Of a stretch of 64,000 nucleotides of DNA, positions 62,553-64,000 are shown in pieces. Numbering within the stretch: position 1 is the stretch's first letter; each line of letters starts with the position of its first letter. Origin of the DNA: Bacteroidaceae bacterium. Its GTDB lineage: Bacteria; Bacteroidota; Bacteroidia; Bacteroidales; Bacteroidaceae. Under the pieces are notes generated by a model. It saw nothing but the letters and a program-made list of their open reading frames with translations, searched no databases and was not told where the DNA came from. The stretch spans positions 11,237-75,236 of the forward strand of contig JAFTEV010000053.1 of assembly GCA_017453465.1 (NCBI GenBank). The letters run 5' to 3'. A program made the translations under genes and the position numbers.

Positions 62553-62750
62553 ATGAAAAAGACATATCAGAAACCAGAACTGATGGTGACAGTAGTTGCC
62601 AATACAGACATTATTTGCACTTCACCCCTCATCCAGAACCAAAAGCAAGAGCTTGATGGAGCACCAGAGATTCCAACAGGAATTAGCTCTGGCAACCTTG
62701 GCAAGGAGCGTGGTGACTATGGTGATGAAAACTTCGGCGACCTCTGGTAA
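62553..62750 (+). CDS. Small hypothetical protein (65 aa)
   Basis: MKKTYQKPELMVTVVANTDIICTSPLIQNQ...GDYGDENFGDLW. ATG 62553 is preceded by AAGGAG at 62537-62542. A terminator follows at 62923-62960. Confidence 0.4.
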   Translation: MKKTYQKPELMVTVVANTDIICTSPLIQNQKQELDGAPEIPTGISSGNLGKERGDYGDENFGDLW

Positions 62751-62922
62751 AAAACACAGGTTGACCTGCCTCCATGTGAGGGGCAACAACATAACGTAAA
62801 TTTTTTAGAATTAAGTTAATATGCCCACAAAGGCCAGCCGTGAGGCTCGCAGGGCGTTAGGTTGATAAATTTGTTGGATGTTCCCTCCCTCTGTGGAGCG
62901 GAGTTCACAAGACAGATTTAGG

Positions 62923-62960
62923 GCAGTTCCTCCGCAGCGATGTGCAGGAACTGCTTTTTT
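62923..62960 (+). terminator. Rho-independent terminator
   Basis: GCAGTTCCT-14 nt loop-AGGAACTGC followed by TTTTTT. Confidence 0.75.
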
Positions 62961-63021
62961 GTGGAAGGGGTTAGGTGACTTCAATAAACCAAAATATAGA
63001 GGAGCAGAGGTAAGTGATAAT

Positions 63022-63222
63022 AAAAAATAACTTGGGATGATTTACCGCTTTGCGGGCTTTAAAAAAACAAGAAAAAAACAAAAGAAAACAAGAAAAAACC
63101 GAAGTTATTCCAGGGAAGAAGGGGTCTCCAATCTTAATTTGTTTTTTCTTGTTTTCTTTTGTTTTTTTCTTGTTTTTCTTCAGACGCGCCAAGCGTAAAT
63201 AAAATGTCCCAAGTTATTTTTT
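63022..63222. repeat. ~200-bp palindrome with A/G-word arms
   Basis: The perfect 37-bp core AAAAACAAGAAAAAAACAAAAGAAAACAAGAAAAAAC pairs with GTTTTTTCTTGTTTTCTTTTGTTTTTTTCTTGTTTTT around a ~41-nt loop. The outer arms AAAAAATAACTTGGGA (63022-63037) and TCCCAAGTTATTTTTT (63207-63222) are also complementary. Confidence 0.85.
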
Positions 63223-63259
63223 AACGCTTACTAATGGAATGTAGTAATACGGGCATATA

Positions 63260-63293
63260 TCTCTGTGCCTCTGTGTCTCTGTGTCTCTGTGTT
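63260..63293. repeat. Solo CTCTGTG-arm repeat
   Basis: CTCTGTGCCTCTGTGTCTCTGTGTCTCTGTGTTC equals the right arm of the 59464-59489 hairpin plus one extra TCTCTGTG word. I saw no partner arm nearby. Confidence 0.75.
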
Positions 63294-63451
63294 CAATTAT
63301 CATTTTTTGATAATTATTTTTTGATAATTATGATAAAGGGATTTCATCACCAGCGATTCCAACGAATATTACGTCTATGACCAGTTCTTCCAGCTCTGGG
63401 TGGAAAAGAATGTTCTCTAAAAAAATGGCTGCAACGTCAGTTTCTTCGGGG

Positions 63452-64000
63452 TTAGTTGCGGAGCTGTTCGAGATAGTTGAGGTTGTTGAGGTCGCATTCG
63501 TCGGCGACGCGCTCCCAGACGATGTGGGTGGTGTCGGAGAGGGCGAGCGACATGCGATAGACACCGAGGAAGACGAAGCCGGTGTCGGTGAGGTTGCGCA
63601 TGAAGGTGAGGCGCACTTCGTTGAGGCGGCGTGTGATGAAGTAGCTTTCGTGGTTCATGCGCTTGACGATTTCGCGGGCGGCGGGGTTGTCGTTGTAGTC
63701 GGCAGGAGTCCTGTATTCGGTGATGGTGGGCATGAGGCTGTCTTTGTTGCCGTCGTTGTGCCAGTGGGGGTGGTGGTATTGGGGTCCCCAGATGCTGACG
63801 TTGGGGTGGTGGGGCAGTCGCTGATACCAGAGGGTGTCTTTGGCGTGTATGCCGAAGAGCTTGAGGTATTCGTCGTAGCCGGTGAAGACTGGTCCTTTGC
63901 GGATGATCATTGTGTGGAGTCCTTGTGCGGATGGCGGTGTGGCGGTCAGGAAGTGGTAGGTAAGCAGGCCGTTCATGATGAGGAGGGGTATGGCGACGAG
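63452..64000 (-). CDS. Hypothetical protein, possibly 5'-truncated by the window end
   Basis: 174-aa ORF from ATG 63976, but the frame stays open to base 64000 (..LVAIPLLIMNGLL..). His/Pro-rich stretch LPHHPNVSIWGPQYHHPHWH. No family recognised. Confidence 0.5.
   Translation of the reverse strand, partial: LVAIPLLIMNGLLTYHFLTATPPSAQGLHTMIIRKGPVFTGYDEYLKLFGIHAKDTLWYQRLPHHPNVSIWGPQYHHPHWHNDGNKDSLMPTITEYRTPADYNDNPAAREIVKRMNHESYFITRRLNEVRLTFMRNLTDTGFVFLGVYRMSLALSDTTHIVWERVADECDLNNLNYLEQLRN

Noticed and set aside
62971-63192. 73-aa ORF (MARLKKNKKKTKENKKK...FFSCFF...)
   Set aside because: It is simply the translation of the poly-purine and poly-pyrimidine arms of the 200-bp palindrome.
63328-63564. 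78-aa ORF overlapping the end of the 63452 gene, or a +1 frameshifted C-terminal extension (..PEETDVAAIFLENILFHPELEELVIDVIFVGIAGDEIPLS)
   Set aside because: The upstream half is an off-frame shadow of the 63452 gene. The ~40 open codons after its stop are not long enough to be significant in this sequence context, and there is no in-frame start codon after the stop.
1-64000. Mobile elements, prophage, defence islands and toxin-antitoxin pairs
   Set aside because: I found no transposase, integrase, recombinase, phage structural, restriction-modification, Cas, nuclease-helicase or small paired toxin/antitoxin-like ORFs in any frame. The only mobility-like signals are the dispersed non-coding repeats reported above.

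Overview
This window is chromosomal DNA from a Bacteroidota genome. A Prevotellaceae-like origin is an inference from the SusC/SusD pairs, a T9SS C-terminal sorting domain, TAnnTTTG -7 promoter boxes and GC-rich third codon positions, which create many spurious antisense ORFs.

Gene content, left to right:
- A partial GH2 gene that is missing from the ORF track because it has no in-window stop.
- corA, a small lipoprotein, serC and serA, and a secreted dockerin-like/Big_2/FISUMP-type protein.
- A ~25 kb minus-strand block (34194 down to 8765). It holds an M64 metallopeptidase, a PF11790-type glycoside hydrolase, a PUL with two SusC/SusD pairs and three fasciclin (FAS1) lipoproteins, then a separately promoted beta-helix protein and a 4x-repeat dockerin-like protein.
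- A translationally coupled WG-repeat/SprT-like pair, then nhaC, ygiQ, an amidase-like/FN3 protein and a DUF5103 (T9SS-plug-like) protein.
- A duplicated FISUMP-type protein, a modF-like ABC ATPase, mnmA, nadA, rny, zapA and its coiled-coil partner.
- An EPS priming transferase and a Wzc-type tyrosine kinase.
- A BT0820-like HAD protein, a CNNM/CorC-type transporter and tcdA.
- An AT-richer segment with a candidate ncRNA/attenuator, a T9SS cargo protein and a small ORF.

I saw no rRNA, tRNA, CRISPR, transposase, integrase or recognisable defence genes. I found no convincing novel multi-gene protein system.

The most unusual signals are non-coding:
1. A leader motif shared by two unrelated Mg2+-transporter genes.
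2. Arrays of exactly 22-bp-phased repeats. These comprise two GTAGGCAAT/ATTGCCTAC arrays in divergent promoter regions and three tandem arrays at gene 3' ends, two of which are coupled to a CACAGAG hairpin.
3. A family of long hairpins whose arms are built from short tandem words. One lies in frame inside the M64 peptidase gene.
4. A promoter-to-terminator non-coding unit upstream of the T9SS cargo gene.

All calls come from reading the sequence by eye. No database search or folding program was run.
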